Positions 19,074-28,466 of a stretch of DNA of 64,000 nt are shown in pieces. Within the stretch, counting starts at the first letter, position 1, and every line of letters begins with the position of its first letter. The stretch comes from an uncultured Acidimicrobiia bacterium. GTDB lineage: Bacteria > Actinomycetota > Acidimicrobiia > IMCC26256 > JAENVU01. The stretch is from the NCBI GenBank assembly GCA_963770105.1, contig CAVYOL010000001.1:296786-360785 (forward strand), read 5' to 3'. Below the pieces are notes generated by a model. It did not search any database. It was not told the DNA's origin and saw only the letters and a program-made list of their open reading frames with translations. The position numbers and the translations under genes were made by a program.

Positions 19074-21120
19074 GGAGCTCGGTCCGGATCGACGCCAGCT
19101 TCGAACGCAGCGCCTCGGCATCGATGGCGACGGTCTCGACCCCGGCTTCGAGTGCCGCGAGCTCGGCTCCGGCGTGTTCGATCGCGGCATGGCGCGCCCG
19201 GTGGGCCTCCTGGCGCTCACGCAGTGCTTCGTCGAGTGCCGAGGCGGTCTCGAGCGCGATCCGAGCGGCGAGCGCTTCGGTCTCCTGGCGGATGCGGTCG
19301 CGGTCCGCTTCACCGTCGCGGATCTCGCGGGCCACCGCGTCGCGCACGTTGCGCAGCTGGGTGCGTTCTTCCTCGAGCCGGCGCTTCATGCGGCGGCGCT
19401 TCGACCGGAGCTTGGCCACGCGCGCTTCGAGCTTGGCCAGCTCCTGCTCGGCTTCGTCCCCGGAGCGCGAGGCCCCCGCCCGGAGAGGACGACGGTCATC
19501 GTCGCCGGACGCGAGATGTTGCGCGACTTCCACGAGCCGGCGGAGGTCCTCGGTCGGTCCGTCGACGGGTGGGGCGGGCGTCGCGCGCGACTCGAGCTCC
19601 TCGATCAGGATCCGCAGGCTGGAGACCTCGCCCCGCAGGGCGTCGAGCTCGGACCCCGCGCCGTCTCGCGCCGCCCGGGCGGCATCGAGCTCGGTGCGGG
19701 CAACCTTGAGATCAGCACCGAGCTGATCGGCGACCTCGTAGGCCGACGCCAGCTGCGCGCGGGCGATCTCGAGCTCGTCACGCACGAGGGCCAGATCGCC
19801 CTGCGCGAGCGCCAGCGCATTCGCAGCCGTCGACGCCTCGCCCAGCTGCGCCTTGAGCTCGGCGATCTGCGCCTCCTGCTCCTTCGTAGCGGCATCGAGT
19901 CGGCTGACGTCGAGATCGGAGTTCGCTCGCGCGGATCCGAGCGCCGCCTCGGCCTCGGTCGCGCGCGCGATCAGCCCGTCGCGGTCCTGCTGCATGCGCG
20001 CGGATTCGGCGCGGGCTGCACCGAGCTCCCCGCGCAGCTTGTCGAGCTCGGCCCGGTGCCCCGCGAGGTCGTCGATCGCGGCATCTCGGGACCGGACGGC
20101 GTCGGTGACTCCCTGGGCGACCTCGAGCGCCGTCGCCAGCTCGGACTGCACCGCGCCCAGCTCCTCGCGATGGGCCCGCTGCAGCCGCTCCGTGGCGCGA
20201 GCGGTGTCGTCCTGGAACGCGGCCAGCTGGGTGGCAAGCTCCGCGACCTCGGCTTCGGCGAGCGTTCGCATGCGCTCGAGCTCCTGCTCGGACTCGGCAC
20301 GGATCCGGTCGAGCGCGCCCTCGTCCGTGAAGCGGGCCGTCGTGAGCTGCGCGAGCTCGGCTCGGAGTCGTTCGAGCTCCGCTTCGGTATGGCCGAGATG
20401 GCGCCGCGCGACCTCGGCTTCGGCCTGCGCCGCCTCGTAGCCGGACGCGCGCTCCTTGAGCTCGGCACGCGCGGCGACGAGCTCTTCGTCGGTCGCCTTC
20501 CGGGCGGACTGGGAGGTGGTCAGCTCGGCCCGAAGGTGTTGGAGCTCTTCCTGCATGCGGGCAAGCTCGCTTTCGGAGTCGGCCGGCTCGGGTGCGTCGG
20601 CGGCCGCGGGCTCCGGATCCGGCTCGCGCCGCGAGCTCAGGTCGGCCAGGGTCGCGAACGAGTGGGCCCGAGGCGCGACGGGTGCCGTTGCGGGGAGGTC
20701 ATCGCCCACCGCGGTGCTTGGGTCGTCGACGCGCGTTGCGGCGACGAAGTCCGCGTGCGACGCGAAGCCGAGGCGCTCCAGCGCTTCGGCCTCCGCCTTC
20801 TGGGCGGTGCGAAGACGCTTGCGACCCATGGTCCCGAACGGTGAGCGCTCGGACGCCTCCGACGCGGCGGTCACCTCCGCGTGCAGCTGCTCGATCTCCG
20901 CACGGTCCGACGCGGTGGGCTCGCGGCGCGGGGCGGGCGGCGCAGGTGCTGGAGGTGGCGCCGCGAGCGGCGGACCGGACGGGGGCGGAGCCGCCGGGGC
21001 GGGCGCGGGGCCGGGATCCGGCCGCGAGCCACCGTCCCGCGGCGGGTTGGTGGGGAGGAGATCGTCGAGCGAGACGGGGAGATCGCTCCACTCGCCTGCT
21101 TCTGGAACCAGCGGGCTCAC
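19036..21120 (-). CDS. large coiled-coil protein (about 690 aa) with a Pro-rich N-terminal segment
   Basis: Uninterrupted ORF rich in A/E/L/R heptad-like sequence (ELERLRAELAQL, IAELKAQLGEA). The preferred start is the GTG at 21120, behind GAGGGGAG. The ORF track extends to 21201. Confidence 0.7.
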   Translation of the reverse strand: MSPLVPEAGEWSDLPVSLDDLLPTNPPRDGGSRPDPGPAPAPAAPPPSGPPLAAPPPAPAPPAPRREPTASDRAEIEQLHAEVTAASEASERSPFGTMGRKRLRTAQKAEAEALERLGFASHADFVAATRVDDPSTAVGDDLPATAPVAPRAHSFATLADLSSRREPDPEPAAADAPEPADSESELARMQEELQHLRAELTTSQSARKATDEELVAARAELKERASGYEAAQAEAEVARRHLGHTEAELERLRAELAQLTTARFTDEGALDRIRAESEQELERMRTLAEAEVAELATQLAAFQDDTARATERLQRAHREELGAVQSELATALEVAQGVTDAVRSRDAAIDDLAGHRAELDKLRGELGAARAESARMQQDRDGLIARATEAEAALGSARANSDLDVSRLDAATKEQEAQIAELKAQLGEASTAANALALAQGDLALVRDELEIARAQLASAYEVADQLGADLKVARTELDAARAARDGAGSELDALRGEVSSLRILIEELESRATPAPPVDGPTEDLRRLVEVAQHLASGDDDRRPLRAGASRSGDEAEQELAKLEARVAKLRSKRRRMKRRLEEERTQLRNVRDAVAREIRDGEADRDRIRQETEALAARIALETASALDEALRERQEAHRARHAAIEHAGAELAALEAGVETVAIDAEALRSKLASIRTELLRSPGPDPSDRS

Positions 21121-21224
21121 CTCCCCTCTATCGGTCACTCCCAGCCTACGATTGAGCGAAAGCCAGCCCGGGTGCGGCCCGCGAAGACTCTCCGGCCGCA
21201 CCGCACCGCCGGGAGCGTTGCGTC

Positions 21225-21677
21225 ATGGTCGACTTCGCACTGCCCGACGACCTCTCGTTCAACCGAGGGGCCATCGCAGATCCGGAAGCATTCGCCCGCG
21301 ACGCCCATGCGGCGTCGTGGCTGTACCTCTGCGGTGACGAGTGGGCCGGGATGGACGGGGGGATGTCGTACGCGCAGGTGCAGGCGGCCGTCTCCGAGTC
21401 CGAGAACATCGTCTCGGACCCGCCGGTCCCGTTGGACCTCGAGCTCGCCCGACAGCACATCGCCGCGCTCGACCGTCTGCCCCGGCCGACGCTCGTCACG
21501 TGCCGGACCGGTCCCCGCTCCTCCGCGATCGCGTACCTCTACGCCGGGTTGCGCGCCGGCGCATCCGCCGACGACGTGTTGGCCGCGGCCGACGCGGACG
21601 AGGCACCGTTCACCGGCGCCGAGCCCCTCCGCGCGTTCGTCGCCCAGGGGATCGCCGAGCTCGCCGACGACGCCTGA
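21225..21677 (+). CDS. DUF442 / PTP-loop-like protein (putative phosphatase or sulfurtransferase fold)
   Basis: Intact 150 aa ORF. The loop LVTCRTGPRSSAIAYLY resembles the CxxGxRS active-site loop of the TIGR01244/DUF442 family. The assignment is from memory. Confidence 0.4.
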   Translation: MVDFALPDDLSFNRGAIADPEAFARDAHAASWLYLCGDEWAGMDGGMSYAQVQAAVSESENIVSDPPVPLDLELARQHIAALDRLPRPTLVTCRTGPRSSAIAYLYAGLRAGASADDVLAAADADEAPFTGAEPLRAFVAQGIAELADDA

Positions 21678-21689
21678 CCTGCTCCGACC

Positions 21690-22622
21690 TCAGATCACGC
21701 CGAGGTCCCGGGCCCAGGCGAGGTTCTTGCGGGCCGAGCCGACGTGGGCGATGTGCACGACGTGGGCTTCACCCTGGCGCGGGTCACCGTGGCGGATCGG
21801 TCCGCTCCCGACCCGTTCGGCCTCGCTCGCCAGCTCGTCGAGCTCGCGCCAGTAGGCGATCTCGGCCGCGGCCGGTGTGAAGACCTCGTGCACGAGCGGA
21901 ACGTGCTCGGCGCTCCCGAGCATCATCCCGTAGTACCCGAGGTTGCGCAGACCGGTGGCGAAGGCGCGCAGACCGTCGAGGTCGTCGAGCGCGCCGCCCC
22001 ACATGCCACTGATCGGGTAGCGGATGCCCGCGGCCCGCGCGTCGACGAGCACCTTCGAGCGCAGGAACAGCGTCTCCTCGCCCTCTGCAGTCCAGCGGTA
22101 GCCGAGCGCCTGGTGGATGTCGCCGAAGCGTGAGATCGCGCCACCCATGTGCGAGACGCGCGGTGACGCGGTCGCGATCTCGTACGCCAACCGGATGGCT
22201 TGCGCCGTCTCGAGGATCGGGTAGATGGCGAGCTGGCCCGGCTCGAGCTCGAAGTCGACCTCGGTGCACGCGAGCAGCGCGTCGAGCGCGTGCACGTCCG
22301 CAGGGCTCTCGATCTTGGGCAGGAGGACGCCGGCGAGCCCCGGAGCGGCGACCGCCCGGAGGTCCTTCAGCGTCTGCCCGGTCGAAGGCGGCTGCACCCG
22401 GGCGAACACGAGCGGGGGCTCACCCGGCACGAGCGAGTCGAAGAACTCGCGGGCCACCTTGCGCCCGCGCTCGCGCTCCGATTCGGGGTAGGGGGTCTGT
22501 GGCTCCTCGAGGTCGACCACCATCGAGTCGGCGCCCGAAGCGCGCGTGGACGCGAGCGCGTCGGCATCGTCACCGGGCGCGAACACGACTGAGCGCAGGG
22601 GGCGGGCGTCGTTGCGGTTCAC
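21690..22622 (-). CDS. HpcH/HpaI aldolase / citrate lyase beta (CitE)-like lyase
   Basis: RSVVFAPGDDADALASTRASGADSMVVDLEE, LLPKIESPADV, AIYPILETAQAI. The GTG start overlaps the upstream stop (GTGA). Confidence 0.8.
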   Translation of the reverse strand: MNRNDARPLRSVVFAPGDDADALASTRASGADSMVVDLEEPQTPYPESERERGRKVAREFFDSLVPGEPPLVFARVQPPSTGQTLKDLRAVAAPGLAGVLLPKIESPADVHALDALLACTEVDFELEPGQLAIYPILETAQAIRLAYEIATASPRVSHMGGAISRFGDIHQALGYRWTAEGEETLFLRSKVLVDARAAGIRYPISGMWGGALDDLDGLRAFATGLRNLGYYGMMLGSAEHVPLVHEVFTPAAAEIAYWRELDELASEAERVGSGPIRHGDPRQGEAHVVHIAHVGSARKNLAWARDLGVI

Positions 22623-24055
22623 GGCGCCTCCTTCGCGAGCGCGTCCGCCGCGGCCGCGGCGCAGACCGTGTCCTCGAAGAACTTCGGGTTGGGACCGGCG
22701 TGCAGGCGCACCGGGTTCACGAAGGTCAGGTCGCGGAAGTCGCGCTCGGTGATCACACCGTGCTCGACCAGCTCGAAGGCCTCGGCCACCGGCTCGGTCA
22801 TGTCGCGCACGTCCCAGTGGGAGATGTCGGAGCCGAGCACCGGTCGCAGTCGCGCGCCCAACGGGTTCACGTCGTCCCGGAACGCCCACGCCACCAGGGG
22901 GTCGTCGGCCTCGCACCCGAAGTAGAAGTTGGGCTCGAAGCGGGTGCGCAGGTCGTCGATCGTCTCGATGCCGACGGCGGCGAACTCGTCGAGCTGCGCC
23001 GGTCGCGCCGCCGGCCGGGTGAAGTACTCCCGCAGCTCACCCATGCGGGCCGTGACCGCGTCGTCGCCGTAGTCGGCGAAGTACGTGAGGAGGGCGTCGA
23101 CGTCGAGCCGGTCGGGGTCGAGCTCCACGATCGCGTCGCGGTTGCGCTTCTCCCAGTGGCCGACGAGCCCGGCGAAGAGCGCGCAGGCCCACGCCACCCC
23201 ACCTTCGAGGAACCCGATGCGCAGCTCCGGGAACCGGTTGGTCACGCCGGAGAGGAACAGCGACTTGCACAGCGATTCGTGCGCGGCGGCCAGACCGTTC
23301 ACGTGGTTGTACACGTAGTTCGAGATCGACCGGGTGACGCGATGCTGCTGGAGCGCGCTGTGCACGACCGGTGCGACGCCGAGGTCGACGCACGTGGCCC
23401 ACAACGGGTCGTAGTCGAAGTCGCTGTCGAGGCCGAACATGTCGAGGCGATAGCCGCCGGCTCCAACGGCGCGCCGGGCGTACCCGGCCATGAGCACCGA
23501 CTTGGCGCCGAGCTCGCGCACCGCGTAGTCGACCTCGGCAATCGCCTGCGTCGGCGTGTTCATCGGGATCAGCGCGCCCACGATGCAGCGGTCGCGGTAC
23601 GGCTCGAACAGCCGCGCGTGGTAGCGGTTCACCGCCCGGCACACGACCGAGGACAGCTCCTCGTCGGTCACCTCGAAGTACCCGAGCGCCATCGACGGGT
23701 AGAGGATCGTGACGTCGATGCCCAGCTCGTCGAGGCGTTCGTAGAGCAGCGCCGGTAGGTGCGAGGTGGCACGATCCCGCACCGCGGCCGTCTGCCAGCC
23801 CCACCACGATGGCATCGCCTTCCACTGGTCGCGCACGGTTGCGTCGCCCCGATGGGCCAGGCTCGAGGACGTATCGAACGTTGCCGCGATGCTGAGGAAC
23901 CGCTCCCGGAGCGCGGCGCCACCCGCATCCTCGACGTAGGTGATGACCTCCTCATGGAGCAGCGGCGCGAGCTCGACGAAGTGCCCGTCGGCGTCGATGA
24001 TCGGGTGGTCGACCCGGTTGCGCACACGGGCCGCTTCGGTCGGCGTCGTCGTCAT
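22619..24055 (-). CDS. amidohydrolase-2 family metal-dependent hydrolase/decarboxylase-like protein
   Basis: HPIIDADGHFVE near the N-terminus, then a 478 aa TIM-barrel-like sequence (GSDISHWD near the C-terminus). The ATG at 24055 was chosen; the upstream 293 codons of the 771 aa ORF are shadow sequence. Confidence 0.8.
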   Translation of the reverse strand: MTTTPTEAARVRNRVDHPIIDADGHFVELAPLLHEEVITYVEDAGGAALRERFLSIAATFDTSSSLAHRGDATVRDQWKAMPSWWGWQTAAVRDRATSHLPALLYERLDELGIDVTILYPSMALGYFEVTDEELSSVVCRAVNRYHARLFEPYRDRCIVGALIPMNTPTQAIAEVDYAVRELGAKSVLMAGYARRAVGAGGYRLDMFGLDSDFDYDPLWATCVDLGVAPVVHSALQQHRVTRSISNYVYNHVNGLAAAHESLCKSLFLSGVTNRFPELRIGFLEGGVAWACALFAGLVGHWEKRNRDAIVELDPDRLDVDALLTYFADYGDDAVTARMGELREYFTRPAARPAQLDEFAAVGIETIDDLRTRFEPNFYFGCEADDPLVAWAFRDDVNPLGARLRPVLGSDISHWDVRDMTEPVAEAFELVEHGVITERDFRDLTFVNPVRLHAGPNPKFFEDTVCAAAAADALAKEAP

Positions 24056-24081
24056 CCGTGCTCCTCTCGTCCCACCGGACA

Positions 24082-24098
24082 CTACGACGACGGCGTAG
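24082..24098. promoter_or_regulatory. short palindrome in the 55 bp divergent region between the amidohydrolase and acyl-CoA ligase genes
   Basis: CTACG-acgacgg-CGTAG. Confidence 0.2.
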
Positions 24099-24110
24099 TA
24101 GAAGGATCCG

Positions 24111-25708
24111 GTGCAGCCCGATCCCGCCGTCGCCGCCGAGTACCGCGCGGCCGGCTGGTGGGGCGACAGCACCGTCAGTGGGGCAGTGGAGGCATGGGCG
24201 CGCGAGCGGCCACGCGTCGATGCGCTCGTCGCCGACGGTCGCCGGACGACCTGGACCGAGTACGACGAGCGGTCAACCGCGCTCGCTCGGGTGCTGGTGG
24301 CGACGGGGCTCCCACGGGCGCGCGGGTGGCGGTGCTCCTCCCGGACGGCGCCGCGGTTCACGTCGCGTTCGTCGCTGCCGAGCGGGCGGGCTTCACCGTC
24401 GTCGGCATCGGCCACCGGGCCGGCGACGACGAGATCCGCCACCTCGTCGGCCTCACCCGGGCCGACGCGCTGGTCACCCGCGCCGAGCGCCGGGGTCGTC
24501 CCACCTCCGAGCTCGTCGACGTCCTCCGAGCGGCCGGCAACGCGCTCGACCACCACATCGTGGTCGACGCCCTGGGCCGTCCGAGCGATCCGAGCACTCC
24601 GGAGGCGGACCTCGCCGGCCGCGCCTTCGGGCCCGACGACCTCTTCCTGATCAACTCGACGTCCGGCACCACCGGCATGCCGAAGTGCGTGCTGCACACG
24701 CAGAACCGTTGGATGTACTTCCACCGGCTCGCGGCCGACGCCGGCGAGCTGACGGCCGAAGACGTCTTCCTGAGCGCGGTCCCGGCGCCGTTCGGCTTCG
24801 GCATCTGGACGTCGCACGTGACCCCCGCGATCCTCGGCCTGCCGACCGTGGTCCAGGAGCATTTCGACGCCGGCGTGGTGCTCGCCGCCATCGAACGTGA
24901 ACGGGTGTCGGTGCTGGCGTGCGTCAGCACCCAATTCCTGATGATGCTGACCTCACCCGAGATCGAGCGTCACGACCTCTCCTCGCTGCGCTGCATGTTC
25001 ACCGGCGGTGAAGCGGTGCCGTACGAGCGGGCGGCGCGCTTCGAGGACGTCACCGGTGCGCGCGTGCTGCAGTTCTACGGCTCGAACGAGACCGGCGCCC
25101 TGAGCCGGACCACCATGCGCGACGACCGTGAGCACCGCCTCCGGACGGCGGGAAAGCTGATCGTCGACATGCACGTGCGTCTGCTCGACGACACCGGATC
25201 CGAGATCAGCACTCCCGACACTCCCGGGCACCCGGTGTGCAAGGGACCCGCGACCTGCCTCGGCTACCTCGACGATCCGCGTGCCAACGAGGAGCTGCTG
25301 ACCGACGACGGGTGGATGCGCATCGGCGACGTGTGCACGATCGACGCCGACGACTACCTGCGGGTCGTCGGGCGCACGTCCGACATCATCATCCGCGGCG
25401 GGAAGAACATCAGCGCCGCGGCGGTCGAGGCCGAGGTCGCCGAGCATCCCGCGGTGGCGGTCGCCGCCGCGGTGGCCCTGCCCGACGAGGTGTTCGGCGA
25501 GCGGGTCTGCTTGTACGCCGAGCTCGAGCCCGGCGCGGTGCTCTCGCTCGACGACCTGGTCGGCTTCCTGCGGTCGAAGGGGGTCTCGCCGGAGTGGTTC
25601 CCCGAGCGGCTCGTCGTGCTCGACGCGCTCCCCCGCGCCTCGGGCGGCAAGGTGGCGAAGGGCGAGCTGCGCGCGGACATCCGCCGACGACTCGAGCACG
25701 GTCACTGA
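24111..25708 (+). pseudogene. AMP-dependent acyl-CoA synthetase/ligase with a frameshift near 24320
   Basis: AMP-binding motif INSTSGTTGMPKCV, followed by YGSNETG, GWMRIGD and RGGKNISAAAVE. The N-terminal 70 aa (VQPDPAVAAEYRAAGWWGD...) are in a different frame. Confidence 0.85.
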
Positions 25709-25789
25709 CGGCGGCGTCCCCGGCGACCGGCAGCCCGTTGTCCCGGTCTGCCCATTGCGGTACATTTCGGACAGGGGAAGGGGCTGGCT

Positions 25790-25987
25790 ATGGAAGTGCT
25801 GGCGGGGATCTGCGGCCTCGTGCTGCTGCTCGTGTGCGTGTTCGTCCCGCTCGTGGTCGTCGTCCTCGAGCTCGGCAGCCGGAACCGGCTGGACAAGCAC
25901 GAGCGGGCCCACCGCGCCGACGACGCGGCGAGGCTCTCCGGGCACGTGCCCGACGAGGCGTTGCGGCGGTACGTCGACGGCAAGTGA
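25790..25987 (+). CDS. small single-TM protein, hypothetical
   Basis: MEVLAGICGLVLLLVCVFVPLVVVVL followed by a charged tail. A GGAAGGGG RBS lies upstream. No homology was recognised. Confidence 0.35.
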   Translation: MEVLAGICGLVLLLVCVFVPLVVVVLELGSRNRLDKHERAHRADDAARLSGHVPDEALRRYVDGK

Positions 25988-26005
25988 GGCGTGCGGCCCG
26001 GCCGG

Positions 26006-26890
26006 TCACGGCGTGTCGACGTCGATGCGTCGGCCCGCCAGCGCCGCCCGGATCTCGTTGAGCTCGGTGAGGCTGGCGTCCGAGGTCGCGCGATCGGAGG
26101 CTGCAAGCGCGAGGACGAGGGCTTCGATCACGACCAGCGTCGTTCCGTGACTCGCGAAGAGGCCAGGTGTTCCGCGGCCGGATTGGAGCGTCGCGTCGAC
26201 GGCGCCTTCGAGCTTGCGACCGAGGGTGTCGGTGATGAGGACGACGGGTGCTTCGAGCTCGTCGGCGCGGTCCAGGAGCACCTGGACGTGGGGTTGGAGG
26301 CGGCCGTAGGCCAGGAGCACGATCGCGTCGTTCGGAGCCAAGGTCAGGAGCTCGTCGGCGAAGGACGTTCCGGTGTGGACCAGCGCACGGCTGGGCCTTC
26401 CGATGCGCTGCGTCAGCAGCTGTCCGTAGTCCGCGAGGCAGGCGGAAGGACCGACTCCCCGCCAGACCACCCGGTCACTGCCGGCGAGGATCGCGACCGC
26501 GCCCTGGAAGTGGTCCGAGGACACGTGGCGGCTCAGCGCCTCGAGCGCCTCGAGCTGCCCGCCGATCACCGAACCGAAGAGCTCGTCGCCACTGCTCTGC
26601 TCGAGCGTGCGCCGCAGCCGTTCGCCGGGTGGCGGGTTGTTGCCCTGGTCGGCCAGCGCCTGGCGGAGCTCGGCGAGGCCGCGGTAGCCGAGTGACTTGG
26701 CGGTGCGCACGACGGTCGCATCGCTGGTGCCGACCTGTTGCGCCATCGCGGCCGCGGACAACGGCGTCGCTCGGGCGCCGAGCTCGACGAGCAGGTCGGC
26801 TACGCGGCGTTCCGCCGGTGCGAGCTCGGCGCCGAGCCGGTCGACGCGGTCCCGGAAGTCATCGGTAGCATTCACTACCTTATTACCCAT
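26006..26890 (-). CDS. MurR/RpiR family transcriptional regulator (HTH + SIS domain)
   Basis: AERRVADLLVE, AAMAQQVGTSDATVVRTAKSLGYRGLAELR, and the SIS region VVWRGVGPSA...VVLITD. The start was trimmed to the ATG at 26890. Confidence 0.85.
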   Translation of the reverse strand: MGNKVVNATDDFRDRVDRLGAELAPAERRVADLLVELGARATPLSAAAMAQQVGTSDATVVRTAKSLGYRGLAELRQALADQGNNPPPGERLRRTLEQSSGDELFGSVIGGQLEALEALSRHVSSDHFQGAVAILAGSDRVVWRGVGPSACLADYGQLLTQRIGRPSRALVHTGTSFADELLTLAPNDAIVLLAYGRLQPHVQVLLDRADELEAPVVLITDTLGRKLEGAVDATLQSGRGTPGLFASHGTTLVVIEALVLALAASDRATSDASLTELNEIRAALAGRRIDVDTP

Positions 26891-26938
26891 AGTAGTAGTA
26901 TACGCTACGGACCCCGAGCCGACGGACAGGAGATCGCG

Positions 26939-27670
26939 ATGCATGACGTGCTGCTCTTCGCCGCCGCGTTCCTGGCGTCCGCGGTGGAGATGGTTGAGGC
27001 CCTCACGATCGTGCTCGCCGTAGGCGTCACCCGCGGGTGGCGCTCGGCGGCTTTCGGGGTCGCCGCCGCCCTCGCCGCACTGACGGTGATCGTCGTCGCG
27101 CTCGGGCCGGCGATCACGAACCTGCCGATCGATGCCCTGCGGGTGGTCGTCGGCTCGGTGCTGTTGATCTTCGGATTGCAGTGGCTCCGGAAGGCGATCC
27201 TGCGGGCGGGCGGACTCAAGGCGCTCCACGACGAGGACGCGATCTACCAGGCCGAGGTCGACGAGCTCCAGAGCGCGTCGGGCCATGACTGGTACGCGTT
27301 CACGGTGGCGTTCAAGGGGGTGTTCCTCGAGGGGCTCGAGGTCGCATTCCTCGTCGTCACCTTCGGCGGTGCCCAGCACAACGTCGGCCTCGCGGCGGCG
27401 GGCGCAGCCGCGGCGCTCGTGATCGTGGTGATCGCGGGCGTGTTCGTGCACGCCCCGCTGTCGCGCGTCCCCGAAAACACCTTGAAGTTCGGCGTCGGCG
27501 TGATGCTCACCTCGTTCGGGATCTTCTGGAGCGCCGAGGGCGCGGGTGCGAGCTGGCCGGCCGGCGACGCCTTCATCCTGGTGCTGCTCGCCGGCGTGCT
27601 CGCCGTGTCCTTCGCGCTCGTGGGCATGGCACGACGCCCGGTGCTCACCACGGGAACCGAGTCACGATGA
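26939..27670 (+). CDS. integral membrane protein (COG4280-like) with two E-x-x-E motifs
   Basis: MHDVLLFAAAFLASAVEMVEALTIVLAVG and FLEGLEVAFLVVTFG. About 6 TM segments. The ATG at 26939 is preceded by GGAGA. Confidence 0.6.
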   Translation: MHDVLLFAAAFLASAVEMVEALTIVLAVGVTRGWRSAAFGVAAALAALTVIVVALGPAITNLPIDALRVVVGSVLLIFGLQWLRKAILRAGGLKALHDEDAIYQAEVDELQSASGHDWYAFTVAFKGVFLEGLEVAFLVVTFGGAQHNVGLAAAGAAAALVIVVIAGVFVHAPLSRVPENTLKFGVGVMLTSFGIFWSAEGAGASWPAGDAFILVLLAGVLAVSFALVGMARRPVLTTGTESR

Positions 27671-27897
27671 AGTTCCTGATCAGCTTCGGGCGGTTCTGGT
27701 ACGACTTCATCGTCGGCGACGACTGGACGATCGCGGTGGGCGTCGTCATCGCGGTCGCTCTCACGGCGCTGGCGGCTCGAGCCGGGCTCCCCGCATGGCT
27801 GATCCTCCCCGTCTTCGTGAGCACCGGGCTCGCATGGTCGGTCGCTCGGGTACGCCGATCCGCCGCCAACCGTTCCTCAGGAGCGCACGGGCCGTGA
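27667..27897 (+). CDS. small membrane protein coupled to the upstream membrane protein gene
   Basis: ATGA overlap with the preceding stop. MKFLISFGRFWYDFIVGDDWTIAVGVVIAVAL. Confidence 0.5.
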   Translation: MKFLISFGRFWYDFIVGDDWTIAVGVVIAVALTALAARAGLPAWLILPVFVSTGLAWSVARVRRSAANRSSGAHGP

Positions 27898-28070
27898 TGA
27901 TGCGGCCCCAAGGGGCGCTCGAGCGTCCCGGACCAGCGCGGCGAGGGCCGAGATCCGCGGCACCGCGGCCAACCAGCTCCCCGTCGTTGACGTCGCGCTC
28001 GTTTCGGCGAGCCGCACCGGGGCAATCCTCACCAGGACCTGACGACTCATCCCCACAGAGAGGAGTCGGC

Positions 28071-28463
28071 ATGAGCACCGACCTCGAGAAGCGCCGGGCG
28101 ATCGAGCAGCACTGGGCGGCCTCCGAAGCCGGCGACTCCGAGCTCGAGCATCGTCTGTACGCCGAGGATGCAATCCTCGACTACCCCCAGTCCGGCGAGC
28201 GCTTCGTCGGCCGGTCGACCATCGCCGAACAGCGCAGCGGCAACCCCGCAGACCGCCACTTCAGGTTGCGCAGGGTGCTCGGCACCGGTTCGGTCTGGGT
28301 CAGCGAGTGCGTCATCACCTATGACGACGTGCCTTCGATCTCGGTGAGCATCATGGAGTTCGGTGACGACTTCGTCGCGCACGAGACCCAGTACTTCGCG
28401 GACCCGTTCGAGGCGCCGGCCGCGAGGGCGCGACTCGCCCAGCGGATGGAGCCCGGAAGCTGA
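28071..28463 (+). CDS. SnoaL-like / ketosteroid isomerase-like NTF2-fold protein
   Basis: 130 aa with an AGAGGAG RBS. IEQHWAASEAGDSELEHRLYAEDAILDYPQSGERF. Confidence 0.7.
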   Translation: MSTDLEKRRAIEQHWAASEAGDSELEHRLYAEDAILDYPQSGERFVGRSTIAEQRSGNPADRHFRLRRVLGTGSVWVSECVITYDDVPSISVSIMEFGDDFVAHETQYFADPFEAPAARARLAQRMEPGS

Positions 28464-28466
28464 CCG

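Noticed and set aside
23759-24110. N-terminal extension of the acyl-CoA ligase frame (649 aa ORF starting at 23759).
   Set aside because: The first roughly 117 codons are antisense to the amidohydrolase gene and have no protein-like features. The real ligase N-terminus (VQPDPAVAAEYRAAGWWGD) starts at the GTG at 24111 in another frame and joins after a frameshift near 24320.
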